DNA of 64,000 bases. It comes from an uncultured delta proteobacterium. GTDB lineage: Bacteria > Desulfobacterota > Syntrophia > Syntrophales > UBA5619. The notes beneath the pieces were generated by a model. It made no database searches and was not told where the DNA came from. It saw nothing but the letters and a program-made list of their open reading frames with translations. Below, piece after piece: positions 32,298 through 41,773 of the stretch. Each line of letters begins with the position of its first letter. Within the stretch, counting starts at the first letter, position 1. Made by a program: the position numbers and the translations under genes. The stretch spans positions 192,001 through 256,000 of the forward strand of contig CAWFOM010000010.1 of the NCBI GenBank assembly GCA_963817385.1, read 5' to 3'.

Positions 32298-35006
32298 GTG
32301 CGTATGCCGCTCGTCACGTTTTACTTTCAGCTCCACCAGCCTTTCCGTCTCCATCCCGACCGGGACAAGTTCCTCTGGGAGGATAAGAACCGGGAGATAT
32401 TCGGCAAGGTCTCCGAGAAATGCTATCTGCCGGCGACGAGGATGTTTACGGAGTTGATCTCAGCCTGGCCGGGATTCAAGATTACCTTCGGGATGTCCGG
32501 TACATTTCTGGAGCAGGCCGAACTCTACCAGCCGGAGGTGATCGCCGCACTCCAGGAACTCCACGCTGCATCGAAGGCAAACGGGCAGGTCGAGTTTCTT
32601 GACGAAACATACTACCACTCCCTGACCAGCCTCTTTGAAGACCCGCATCGGATGGAGTTCCGGGAGCAATCCTCTCTTCACCGGGAGAAGATGCGGCAGC
32701 TCTTCGGGATCTTTCCGACCTCTTACCGGAACACGGAGTTGATGTACAACAACCATATCGCCGAAGCCGTCGACGACATGGGCTACCAGTCCATCCTCTG
32801 CGAAAAGCGGGACGACATGTTCACCGGCGAGGGGGGAGCTATCTCCCCCAATGCCGTATTCAAGGCGCGCGACACGAACCTGATCGTCATCCCGCGGAAC
32901 CGGGAATTGAGCGACGATGTCGCCTACCGCTTCCCCCACACCCCCGTCACGCCGGAGCAGTACGCCGGATATCTCGCTCTGATCGACGGCGAAGTTGTCC
33001 TCTTGGGGTATGATTACGAGCATATCGGGGAGCACATCTGGAGCGATCGGGGAATTTTCGATTTCTGGCGGGGACTCCCGGAGGCGCTCGCAGAGCATCC
33101 CAATGTGGTCCCCGCGACGCCGACAGAAATCGCCCAGAGTTTCCGGGAGACTCGCTGCCCGGAGGTGAGCATCCACGGTCTGGCCACCTCCTCTTGGGCG
33201 GATGCCGGCCGGAACACCTTCGGTTGGCTGGGAAACCCCACCCAGTATGAACTGTTCAGGGACGTCGAGCGAATGGAAAAGGGTGCCAAGCGTGCGGGAG
33301 GGGAACTCCTTACCAAATGGCGTCACCTGACCACCTCGGACCATGTCTATTTCCTCCACGAACGGATCGGCGAAGACCACGCGGTACACTCCTATTTCAA
33401 CCCCTACGATAACTCCATCGCTCGGCCGACGCACGTCCTAACGCGAAAGATCGACGATCTGGATGTAGTTATCCGCCGTTTCGAGGTCCTCAAGAAGAAG
33501 GAGACCACTGCTATTCTGATCATCTCCCCGGAGACGGGACGCCTTCCCGAGGATATGGGAGGACTCGCCCGGTTCATCTCCGGGAAGAGCGGCGGGCAGG
33601 GGGAGGTCGTTTCCGCACTTTGTGAGGGCCTCACCGAGCGGGGTATTGATGTTCATCTGGCGATCCTCAATCTCAAGAAACGCTTTCAGCGGGAATCCCA
33701 AATGAACGAACTTCAGTGGCGAGAGGTCCGTTACCGGATCGATTCGGAGAAGATCCACCTGGTCAGCTCCTCCATCTTTGCCGACAACCTGAGCGCCTAT
33801 GCCGGCGATCCGATCATGACGGCCGTCGAATTCCAGCGGGATATCGTCAATAACGTCATCAAGACCGTCCGGGCGCGCAGCGAAGGGAAGCTGATCATCC
33901 ACAGTCATGACTGGATGGCCGGTGGTGCGATCACCGCCTACGCGAGCGCCACGGGCCTCCCCGTACTCCACACCGTTCACAACGTTTTTACCGCCTGCCT
34001 CCCGCTGGATCACATGGGCGGCATCGGACTCAAAACCATCTCCGACCGTCTCTATTTCACCGAGATGAACGGCCAGGTGTGCATCGATTGCCAGGCGACG
34101 GCCATCAAGAATGCCACCATGATCAATTTCGTCGGGGAGCGATTTCTCCACGAGGTCGTCGAGGATTATTTCCTCGACCGGAATCTGGTACCGGCGGGCG
34201 TTCGCCAGGAGGTGAAGGAAAAGTACCGCCACGACGCCGCACGGGCCATCACCAACGCCCCCTCCTCGATGATGTACCCGGAGCGATGCGAGGCGCTCGT
34301 CCGGAAGTACAGCCCGGAGGACGACATCCTGGATGCAAAGCGGGAAAACCTCGTCGCCTTCCAGGCCAGGACGGGACTGACCGTCAAGCCGGACGCCCTC
34401 CTCTATTTCTGGCCATCACGTCTGGATAGCCTGCAGAAGGGGGTCGAACTCCTGGAACAGGTCATCCGCCCCTTTGTCGATACCTATCCCGGTGTCCAGG
34501 TAGCGATCGTGGCGGACGGGATCGGTAACGACCGGAGCCATGTTGAGCGCCTGGGTGGCATCGCCTGGAGATCAGGCGGTCGGATTGCCTACCACCCATT
34601 CAACGAGGAGCTCTCGCTCTTGGGGTATGCCGCGGCCTGCGACGTGTTCGGGGCGTCCCTCTACGAACCCTGCGGACAGATCGACCAGGTCGGTAACATC
34701 TTCGGGGCGACGGCGACGAATCGCGATACGGGGGGGTATCACGACAAGATACGGGAATTGCGTTTGAAGGCCGATGGCGCCCCGCAGGATGTGGGAAACG
34801 GTTTCCTCTTCAGGGATTACGATGTCAGGGGATTCTGGTATGCCCTCGAAAAGAGCGTCACCTTCCACCGTCTGCCCGCCGCGGTCCGGGAAAAGCAACT
34901 GCGGCGGATCATGCGGGAGGCGCGGGAGCGCTACAGCCTCGGCAACATGATCGCCGAATATATCCGAATCTACGAGAAGCTCAACGGGGGAAGGCCGCTG
35001 GTTTGA
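32298..35006 (+). CDS. GH57 glycoside hydrolase fused to GT5 glycogen/starch synthase-like domain
   Basis: N-half: FQLHQPFR, ETYYHSL, RNTELMY, DYEHIGEH, LTTSDHVY. C-half: KSGGQGEV, HSHDW, TVHN, SRL..QKG, SLYEPCG, TGGYHD. Confidence 0.88.
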   Translation: MRMPLVTFYFQLHQPFRLHPDRDKFLWEDKNREIFGKVSEKCYLPATRMFTELISAWPGFKITFGMSGTFLEQAELYQPEVIAALQELHAASKANGQVEFLDETYYHSLTSLFEDPHRMEFREQSSLHREKMRQLFGIFPTSYRNTELMYNNHIAEAVDDMGYQSILCEKRDDMFTGEGGAISPNAVFKARDTNLIVIPRNRELSDDVAYRFPHTPVTPEQYAGYLALIDGEVVLLGYDYEHIGEHIWSDRGIFDFWRGLPEALAEHPNVVPATPTEIAQSFRETRCPEVSIHGLATSSWADAGRNTFGWLGNPTQYELFRDVERMEKGAKRAGGELLTKWRHLTTSDHVYFLHERIGEDHAVHSYFNPYDNSIARPTHVLTRKIDDLDVVIRRFEVLKKKETTAILIISPETGRLPEDMGGLARFISGKSGGQGEVVSALCEGLTERGIDVHLAILNLKKRFQRESQMNELQWREVRYRIDSEKIHLVSSSIFADNLSAYAGDPIMTAVEFQRDIVNNVIKTVRARSEGKLIIHSHDWMAGGAITAYASATGLPVLHTVHNVFTACLPLDHMGGIGLKTISDRLYFTEMNGQVCIDCQATAIKNATMINFVGERFLHEVVEDYFLDRNLVPAGVRQEVKEKYRHDAARAITNAPSSMMYPERCEALVRKYSPEDDILDAKRENLVAFQARTGLTVKPDALLYFWPSRLDSLQKGVELLEQVIRPFVDTYPGVQVAIVADGIGNDRSHVERLGGIAWRSGGRIAYHPFNEELSLLGYAAACDVFGASLYEPCGQIDQVGNIFGATATNRDTGGYHDKIRELRLKADGAPQDVGNGFLFRDYDVRGFWYALEKSVTFHRLPAAVREKQLRRIMREARERYSLGNMIAEYIRIYEKLNGGRPLV

Positions 35007-35019
35007 TCCACCGGCCGGA

Positions 35020-36351
35020 TCAGCCCCCGAGGCTTTTCGACACGCGGAGGGCAATCCCTCTGACGCGCCGCATCACCTCGACCTCATCGATTGTAAGGAG
35101 CCGCCGGTCCTTCATGACCACCCTCCCATTGATCAGGACAGTATCGACGTCCGTTCCGCCGACGGTGTAAACCAGGTGGGAATATTCGTCGTACAGGGGG
35201 GTCAGGTGTGGCTTGTTCATATCGATGATGCAAAGATCCGCCTTTTTCCCCGCTTCCAGGGTCCCGACGAGCCGCTCCATCCCCAGAACCCTGGCTCCAT
35301 CGCAGGTGGCCATCCTGAGCACGCTCTTCGCCGGCATGACTGTCGGATCAAGGAGAGCCACTTTTCCCAGTTTCGCCGCCGTATCCATCTCCTGGAACAT
35401 GTCGAGGTTGTTGTTGCTGGCGCATCCGTCCGTCCCCAGTCCGACGACGATTCCGTGCCGCAGCATAGCGGGGATCGGCGCAACACCGGAGGCCAGTTTC
35501 ATGTTGCTCTCCGGGTTATGGACCACCTTGCAGCCGTGATCGGCGAAGAGACGCATGTCCTCCTCGGTCATCATGACGCAGTGAAACGCGATGAACCGCT
35601 CGTCGAGTAACCCGATCTCCTCCAGGAAACGGGTTGCCCGTTTGCGGCACTTCTCCTCCAGTTGCTTCACCTCTGCCTTGTTTTCCAGGAGATGCATGGC
35701 GAGCGGAACCAGGTGGCGGTCTGCAAGTTCCTTGGCCGTTTTGAGAAGTTCCGGCGAACAGGTGTAGAGGGCATGGGGTTCCACCATGATGTTGATGAGG
35801 GGATCGTCTGCCCATTTCAGGATGAGATTTTCCGTATAGGCCAAACCCTCCGCAGGTGTCTTTCCGTTGGGTGAGGGGAAATCGAAGAGGACCTCGCCCA
35901 GGAGACAGCGCATCCCGGCCTGTTTGGCCGCCTGGGCCGTCTCCTCCTCGAAGATGTACATGTCGGAAAAGGTTGTCGTTCCCGATTTGATCATCTCCGC
36001 GCAGGCCAGCATACTTCCCCAATAGGCGAGCTCCGGATCGACATTCCGGGCTTCGGCGGGGAAGATGTAGTTGTTGAGCCAGTCCATCAGCTCCATGTCG
36101 TCGGCGATCCCGCGGAAACAGGTCATTGCTGCATGGGTGTGGCCGTTGATGAGTCCCGGCATGATGATGGAATGGGGGGCGTCGAGCGTTTCGCGCCCCT
36201 GGCAGACAGCCAGGATCTCCGCCCTGCCTCCCAGAGCGACAATCGTGTCGCCGTCGATGGCCAGAGCCCCGTCATTGATGATGGTGTCGCGCTCATCCAT
36301 CGTCAGAATCGTTCCGCCGGTAATCAAGATGTCTACCGTTTTCAAAAGCAT
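35020..36351 (-). CDS. Amidohydrolase, MTA/SAH deaminase (MtaD)-like, paralog 1
   Basis: PGLINGHTH, PHALYTC, MHLLE, HNPESNMKLASG, GTDGCASNNNLD. Confidence 0.9.
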   Translation of the reverse strand: MLLKTVDILITGGTILTMDERDTIINDGALAIDGDTIVALGGRAEILAVCQGRETLDAPHSIIMPGLINGHTHAAMTCFRGIADDMELMDWLNNYIFPAEARNVDPELAYWGSMLACAEMIKSGTTTFSDMYIFEEETAQAAKQAGMRCLLGEVLFDFPSPNGKTPAEGLAYTENLILKWADDPLINIMVEPHALYTCSPELLKTAKELADRHLVPLAMHLLENKAEVKQLEEKCRKRATRFLEEIGLLDERFIAFHCVMMTEEDMRLFADHGCKVVHNPESNMKLASGVAPIPAMLRHGIVVGLGTDGCASNNNLDMFQEMDTAAKLGKVALLDPTVMPAKSVLRMATCDGARVLGMERLVGTLEAGKKADLCIIDMNKPHLTPLYDEYSHLVYTVGGTDVDTVLINGRVVMKDRRLLTIDEVEVMRRVRGIALRVSKSLGG

Positions 36352-36394
36352 ATCTCCTTATGCACTTCTATAAACATCTCGCGGGGCAGGGTTG

Positions 36395-37780
36395 TCAGGA
36401 AATTCCGGCGGGGGGAGACGGGGCACCCCCTCGCCGGTGGTATTCCCAGGCTATGTCGATCGATGCGGCGATTTTCCGCACCTCTGCCATGACCGAGGAA
36501 ATATCGATCGTGAGAAACTTGCGGTCCCTCATGACCACCCTGCCGCCGATGATAACCGTGGCAACATCGGCGCCGGAGGCGGCGTAGACGAGCTGGGAGA
36601 ATGGACGGTAGAGGGGTGTCAAGTGCGGTTTTTTTAAGTCCACCAGAATGATATCCGCATATTTTCCGGGAGTGATGGAGCCGATCCGATCCGCCATGCC
36701 AAGGACGCGCGCCCCGCCGAGCGTGGCCATCTCCACGACCTTCTCCGCCGGAAGAACGGTAGGATCCTCCGAGAACACCTTGTGGAGCTTCGCACACATC
36801 CCCATCTCGCCGAAGAGATCGAGGTTATTATTGCTTGCGGCCCCGTCGGTTCCCAACCCGACGTCGATTCCGCGGCGGAGCATTGCTGGAACGGGGGCGA
36901 CGCCGGCGCCAAGCTTCATGTTGCTTTCCGGATCGTGGGCCACCTTCACGCCGGATGCCGCGAGGACATCGAGTTCATCCTCGGTCACCCATATGCAATG
37001 GGCGGCAATCGTCTTTTCGTCGAGCAGATCCAGGTCTCGCAGGTGATGAACCGGTTTTTTCCCGTATCGTTCCCGGATCAGGGAGACTTCATCGCTGGTT
37101 TCGGACAGGTGGATCTGGAAGGTTACTCCGGCGTCCCCGGCGATAGTCTTGATCGTCCGGAGGGTATCGGGGGAGCAGGTGTAGGGTGAATGACAGACCA
37201 GTGACGGAGTTATGAGCGGCGAGCGGTTCTGCCACTTCCCGATGAAATGCTCGGCATGCTCTCGCTGCCGGGAAGTATCGGATTGCTCGGGCGTCGGAAA
37301 ATCGATGAACCCTTGGGCAGCAACGCCCCGCATCCCGCATGCGATCGCCGCCCTTGCCACGGCCCCTTCGTAGAAGTATCCGTCGCAGAAAGTGGTCGTC
37401 CCGGAGAGGATCATCTCGGCAATCGCCAGCATTGAACCGGCATAGACGGTATCGCGGTTGATGAATCGTCCTTCGGCGGGGAAGATGTAGTCGTTGAGCC
37501 ATCTCATCAGAGGAAGATCGTCGGCGAGTCCTCGGAAGAGTACCATCGGAAGATGTGTGTGGGTATTCACCAGGCCCGGCATGATGAGACAGCCCGAGGC
37601 ATCGATTCTCTCGTCGGCATCCGGACAAGGTCCCGTTGCATAGGGACCTTTTTGAACGAAGACGATCTTTCCGTCGCGGATGCCGATCATCGGCTCCTCG
37701 ACGATATCTGCCGGCTCCTCCATGGTGAGCAGGGTTCCACCGGTGATAAGGATATCGAGTTTATTATCCATGCCGTCCAT
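36395..37780 (-). CDS. Amidohydrolase, MTA/SAH deaminase (MtaD)-like, paralog 2
   Basis: [45 protein letters not shown]. Confidence 0.9.
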   Translation of the reverse strand: MDGMDNKLDILITGGTLLTMEEPADIVEEPMIGIRDGKIVFVQKGPYATGPCPDADERIDASGCLIMPGLVNTHTHLPMVLFRGLADDLPLMRWLNDYIFPAEGRFINRDTVYAGSMLAIAEMILSGTTTFCDGYFYEGAVARAAIACGMRGVAAQGFIDFPTPEQSDTSRQREHAEHFIGKWQNRSPLITPSLVCHSPYTCSPDTLRTIKTIAGDAGVTFQIHLSETSDEVSLIRERYGKKPVHHLRDLDLLDEKTIAAHCIWVTEDELDVLAASGVKVAHDPESNMKLGAGVAPVPAMLRRGIDVGLGTDGAASNNNLDLFGEMGMCAKLHKVFSEDPTVLPAEKVVEMATLGGARVLGMADRIGSITPGKYADIILVDLKKPHLTPLYRPFSQLVYAASGADVATVIIGGRVVMRDRKFLTIDISSVMAEVRKIAASIDIAWEYHRRGGAPSPPAGIS

Positions 37781-37953
37781 AGAAAATGATGCCTGTTATG
37801 ATGGCATACATTGGCACAGAATGCCGTAAATTTCCATCAGAAGAACGAACCTCCACAGCGAAGCAGGAAGAATAATCGATTCTTAAGACGAATTCGAGAT
37901 TTCTTTTATGCGCGCGCTGGCGGATGGATAAGGCTTATGACGACAATAGAACG

Positions 37954-37982
37954 TTGACAACTATCAAATAATCGTTTACGGT
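37954..37982 (+). promoter_or_regulatory. sigma70 promoter candidate upstream of tRNA-Leu
   Basis: TTGACA, 17 bp spacer, TACGGT. Confidence 0.45.
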
Positions 37983-38133
37983 TCCTCTCCATGAGCGGTA
38001 TAAAATAACAAAGAATACGTTATGGGAACTGTATTGGGGAAATCGTACTGTTTGGTATTATTGAGGGTTAGTGATCAGGTTAACGATTGAGAAATACTGA
38101 ACGCATATTGAAATGCTTAATATATCATAACAT

Positions 38134-38221
38134 GCCTGGGTGGCGGAATTGGTAGACGCAAGGGACTTAAAATCCCTCGGTCCTTGAGGCTGTGCGGGTT
38201 CGATTCCCGCCCCAGGCACCA
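38134..38221 (+). tRNA. tRNA-Leu (anticodon TAA)
   Basis: GCCTGGG acceptor, GGCGGAATTGGTAGACGC D-arm, AGGGA-CTTAAAA-TCCCT anticodon arm, long variable arm, GGTTCGATTCC, CCA. Confidence 0.96.
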
Positions 38222-38651
38222 GAACAATATAAAGAGCTTAGCCAAACACGGCAAGCCCTTTTTTATTTTACTCTGCTACGGAATGGCTACGATTTATGTT
38301 TTAATGCTGTCATTAAGACATTAAAGTTATCCACATTTCTTCCCAATTTCCGCCATCGTTTCCGCAGACATCCATGCTGCGAAGGGGATATTTGGTAACA
38401 TATAGATATCGTTGAGATGCTGAATGAATGCTTGAAGGGGTCTGCGGAAAGAAAACTTATGACGGGATTTCAATGGCTTGGTGTGATAATAATGCAGATA
38501 AAAGGAGGTCATGTGACATGAAAAGCGTTTCCGGTGACAGATCTGCGGAAAGGATGTTCCAGGCAGTTGAAAATTATGGACATTGGGGAACCGTTGACCG
38601 AACCGACCTGATTTAAGAAGCACCGTTTGCACCAAGGAGGAGAGAACCCTC

Positions 38652-38939
38652 ATGAGCCTGACGAAAATTGACATCATCGAATCCGCTTACGAGCAACTCG
38701 ACATCCCCAAGAAAGACTGCACCAGTATTGTTGAGAGCCTCTTTGATCTCATCAAGGAGGATCTCGGCAAGGGTCATGACGTTATGATCTCCGGATTTGG
38801 CAAATGGACGGTCAAGGCAAAAAAGAAGCGAAGGGGCAGGAATCCACAGACTGGAGAAGTACTGACCATTGATGCGCGAAGGGTTGTAACCTTCAAGCCG
38901 TCTACAGTGCTCAAGGATGCAATAAATTGGAGAGACCGA
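38652..38939 (+). CDS. Integration host factor alpha/HU family protein; stop apparently mutated (TGA>CGA), so the ORF reads on to 39086
   Basis: MSLTKIDII..VMISGFGKW..GRNPQTGE..ARRVVTFKPS; the paralogous fragment at 39668-39754 has TGA at the equivalent codon. Confidence 0.85.
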
Positions 38940-38948
38940 GGGTTCGCC

Positions 38949-39124
38949 GTGGCTGAGAAACTCGATTCCAACCAAGTAGTCGATCTCCAGGAGCTGCTCA
39001 TGTCAGGAATTATTCAATCGGAAGCCCTGATCAATCTGCTCGCCGTAAAGGGATCATCACCAAGGAGGAACTCCTGGAAGAGATGAAACGGATACAGGCA
39101 ACGATAATAAAAGCGGAGCATTAA
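38949..39124 (+). pseudogene. Small conserved hypothetical ORF (copy 1), frameshifted
   Basis: VAEKLDSNQVVDLQELLMSGIIQSEALINLL/RKGIITKEELLEEMKRIQ; 1-nt deletion near 39043 relative to copy 2. Confidence 0.6.
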
Positions 39125-39163
39125 ATAACTAATCTACACTGCTGCAATAATTGGAATTCAGAT

Positions 39164-39640
39164 ATGCCAAATCCCATGCGTCAGAAGGCTATTGAAGGTC
39201 TTAAAGCAGGTGACTCATTTACCTACTCACGTACCTTCAAAAAAGAGGAAACAGAACAATTTGGCGATATGACGCGAGACTATAATCCGGTACATTATGA
39301 CCACAGATGGGCCAAATCGAAAGGGTTTGATCGTTTGATTTGTCATGGGCTATTGGTTGGTTCCATGGTATGCGAATTTGGTGGACAAGTGGGTTGGTTG
39401 GCTACCGGCTTGAATTTCAAGTTCATGAAGCCTGTCTATTTTGATGAAACGATCACTTGCACGATAACGATAACAAAGATTGAAAAATCCGGAAAAGCTG
39501 ATGCGGAGGCGTTTTTTTTCAATGCTTCCGGAGAAAAGGTTTGCTGCTGTCTTATGACCGGCAGATTGCCATACTCGCGTGAACAAAATATTTTAGCGCA
39601 GATGATTGAGGAGGGAGATCCGACCAACAAACTGTCGTGA
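39164..39640 (+). CDS. MaoC family (R)-hydratase/dehydratase (HotDog fold)
   Basis: FGDMTRDYNPVHYD hydratase motif, ICHGLL, FMKPVYFDETI. Confidence 0.88.
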   Translation: MPNPMRQKAIEGLKAGDSFTYSRTFKKEETEQFGDMTRDYNPVHYDHRWAKSKGFDRLICHGLLVGSMVCEFGGQVGWLATGLNFKFMKPVYFDETITCTITITKIEKSGKADAEAFFFNASGEKVCCCLMTGRLPYSREQNILAQMIEEGDPTNKLS

Positions 39641-39667
39641 TACGCCAGTGCCCCAGTGGGGACGTTG

Positions 39668-39754
39668 GGAGAAGATCTGACCATTGATGCGAAAAGGGCT
39701 GCTACCTTCAAGCCGTCCACTGTGTTGCGGGATGCGGTAAATTCGAGAGACTGA
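39668..39754 (+). repeat. Second, partial copy of the ihf 3' end
   Basis: 87 nt colinear with 38853-38939, 70/87 identical by manual count; encodes GEDLTIDAKRAATFKPSTVLRDAVNSRD*. Confidence 0.85.
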
Positions 39755-39791
39755 ATGCCCGTGCACAAAAATTCTCAATAAAGGATAAGCC

Positions 39792-40538
39792 ATGAAGGTT
39801 TTCTTCCACGAAAGATTCCACGAGGTATACACATCTGATCCGGCGGCGGCGCCAGGTCGAATTGCGACCGTCGTTACGGCACTCCAGGGCCGGGTAGACT
39901 TCGTGGCGGCGGAGCCTGTGGAGGCCGGAGACATCCTTGCCGTCCATGAACCTGCCCATGTGGAGGACGTGAAGCGCAAGGGACTGTATGAAATCGCCGC
40001 CCTTGCCGCTGGCGGCGCTGCTCAGGCAGCGGAACTGGGCCTTGTCGAGCCGTGTTTCGCTCTCATCCGACCGCCCGGACATCACGCCTCGGCTGGGAGC
40101 GCTTGGGGATTCTGCTACTTCAATAACATGGCCGTCGCTCTGGAGAGACTGCACCGGAAAGGGGCCATCGCCAACGCCTTCGTCCTTGATTTCGATCTGC
40201 ACTTCGGCGACGGCACGGTCAATATCCTCGGCGAAAAAGGCTATGCGACCATCTTTAATCCCTCGTCCACGGATCCGCGCGAATACGTGGTGTCAGTCGA
40301 GGAACGCCTCGCCTCGCAGGCTTGGGATATCATCGGCGTGTCAGCAGGCTTCGACAATCATGTGGCCGATTGGGGCGGGCTCCTCTCCACAGACGACTAC
40401 CGCACTATGGGACGCATCGTGCGCCGGGCGGCTCTCCAGAGCAAGGGTGGTTGCTTTGGCATCCTCGAAGGGGGCTACAACCACCAAGTCCTCTGTGGGA
40501 ACGTCCTCGCCTTCATCGAGGGGATGGAGGAGGGATAG
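39792..40538 (+). CDS. Histone deacetylase family (Zn-dependent deacylase) protein
   Basis: RPPGHHA, GFCYFNN, DFDLHFGDGT, SAGFD, LEGGY. Confidence 0.92.
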   Translation: MKVFFHERFHEVYTSDPAAAPGRIATVVTALQGRVDFVAAEPVEAGDILAVHEPAHVEDVKRKGLYEIAALAAGGAAQAAELGLVEPCFALIRPPGHHASAGSAWGFCYFNNMAVALERLHRKGAIANAFVLDFDLHFGDGTVNILGEKGYATIFNPSSTDPREYVVSVEERLASQAWDIIGVSAGFDNHVADWGGLLSTDDYRTMGRIVRRAALQSKGGCFGILEGGYNHQVLCGNVLAFIEGMEEG

Positions 40539-40697
40539 GAAGGCGGAAAGGATGGTGTGCGGCAAATGGCGTTTCGGGGAGAACAACCCGCTCGCTGGGA
40601 TCTTACAACATAGCTTTCCTGGGTTGTCAATGGCCTTCGTGAAACCCAGGTGATGATCGAGTATGCTACATTCCATAATTGAAGGTGCGGTGAGGGT

Positions 40698-40866
40698 ATG
40701 GCCAGTCAACTCAATCCCAAAGAAATTGTCGATCTCCGGGAACTGCTTATGTCCGGGATTATTCAATCGGAAGCTTTGATCAACCTACTCGATCGTAAGG
40801 GCATCATCACCAAGGAGGAGCTGCCCGGAGGAGATGAAACGAGTACAGGTGACCTTGCTGTGGTAG
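40698..40866 (+). pseudogene. Small conserved hypothetical ORF (copy 2), frameshifted
   Basis: MASQLNPKEIVDLRELLMSGIIQSEALINLLDRKGIITKEEL/EEMKRVQ; 1-nt insertion near 40825 relative to copy 1. Confidence 0.6.
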
Positions 40867-40878
40867 AAGGAGAATACA

Positions 40879-41391
40879 ATGGAAGTCAAAACGGAAGGGA
40901 AGAGCGTCAAAGAGAGTAGCGTCGTAATGTCACAGCTCATGAGCATCCAGGACACCAATATCGCGGGTAACGTCCATGGCGGGGTGATCATGAAGCTCAT
41001 CGATACCGCGGCAGGTGTAGCGGCGGTCCGGCACGCAAGAGCCACTGTGGTCACTGCCTCCATCGACCGGCTGGATTTTCACCATCCTGTTTTTGTCGGC
41101 GACTTGCTGACCCTACGGGCGAGTCTCAACCACGTCGGGCGGACCTCCATGGAGGTGGGGGTCCGGGTAGAGACCGAGAACCCCTTGACGGGTAAAAGAC
41201 AACATACGGCCTCTGCCTACCTCACCTTCGTAGCCCTCGACCGAAACCGCCGGCCAATGCCTCTTCCTCTCTTGAACATTGCAACCGATGAAGAGATCCG
41301 TCGGAACAGGGAAGCCAGGGCCAGGCGGGAAATGAGGCTTGTCGAAAAGAAGAAGGAGAAGGCATGTCAGCTCAAGGCCGAAAACTGCTAA
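40879..41391 (+). CDS. Acyl-CoA thioesterase (HotDog, YciA-like)
   Basis: DTNIAGNVHGGVIMKLID, VTASID, VGRTSMEVGV, AYLTFVALD. Confidence 0.92.
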   Translation: MEVKTEGKSVKESSVVMSQLMSIQDTNIAGNVHGGVIMKLIDTAAGVAAVRHARATVVTASIDRLDFHHPVFVGDLLTLRASLNHVGRTSMEVGVRVETENPLTGKRQHTASAYLTFVALDRNRRPMPLPLLNIATDEEIRRNREARARREMRLVEKKKEKACQLKAENC

Positions 41392-41425
41392 CACGACCAC
41401 CTGATATGGTATGTGGAGATAAACG

Positions 41426-41470
41426 ATGATCCAGATAATCGTCTCTGGTGGCCAGACAGGCGGGCGAATC
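41426..41470 (+). pseudogene. 5' fragment of putative molybdenum carrier (SLOG family) gene
   Basis: GGAG RBS, then MIQIIVSGGQTG (cf. KIISGGQTGAD), immediately truncated. Confidence 0.45.
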
Positions 41471-41773
41471 GTGGGCGATACGGCAGTGCTCGTCGGGGAG
41501 CTTCTGGAACGTGTTATGGAGCCTGAAGCCGGTTAGTACGGGCTACAGTAGGTTATGTTGTCGATGGCGGAGTAGATGCCTATCAGGAATTTCTGGATGG
41601 GTTTTACGAAGAGTATAAGGGAATGATGGCTCCTACCCAGTATGAGGCTGCAAAGGAGGATTTTGAGTACTTCATGAGGCTGGTGGATCTGGCGATTCAG
41701 TATTCGGTGACTGCCTCTCCGTCATCTATGTAACAGTGCTGTGTCCGGTGAAATAGGGGGTAACTCTACCAGT

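Noticed and set aside
37800..37830. TGGCA motifs as sigma54 promoter
   Set aside because: GG-to-GC spacing does not fit the required -24/-12 geometry.
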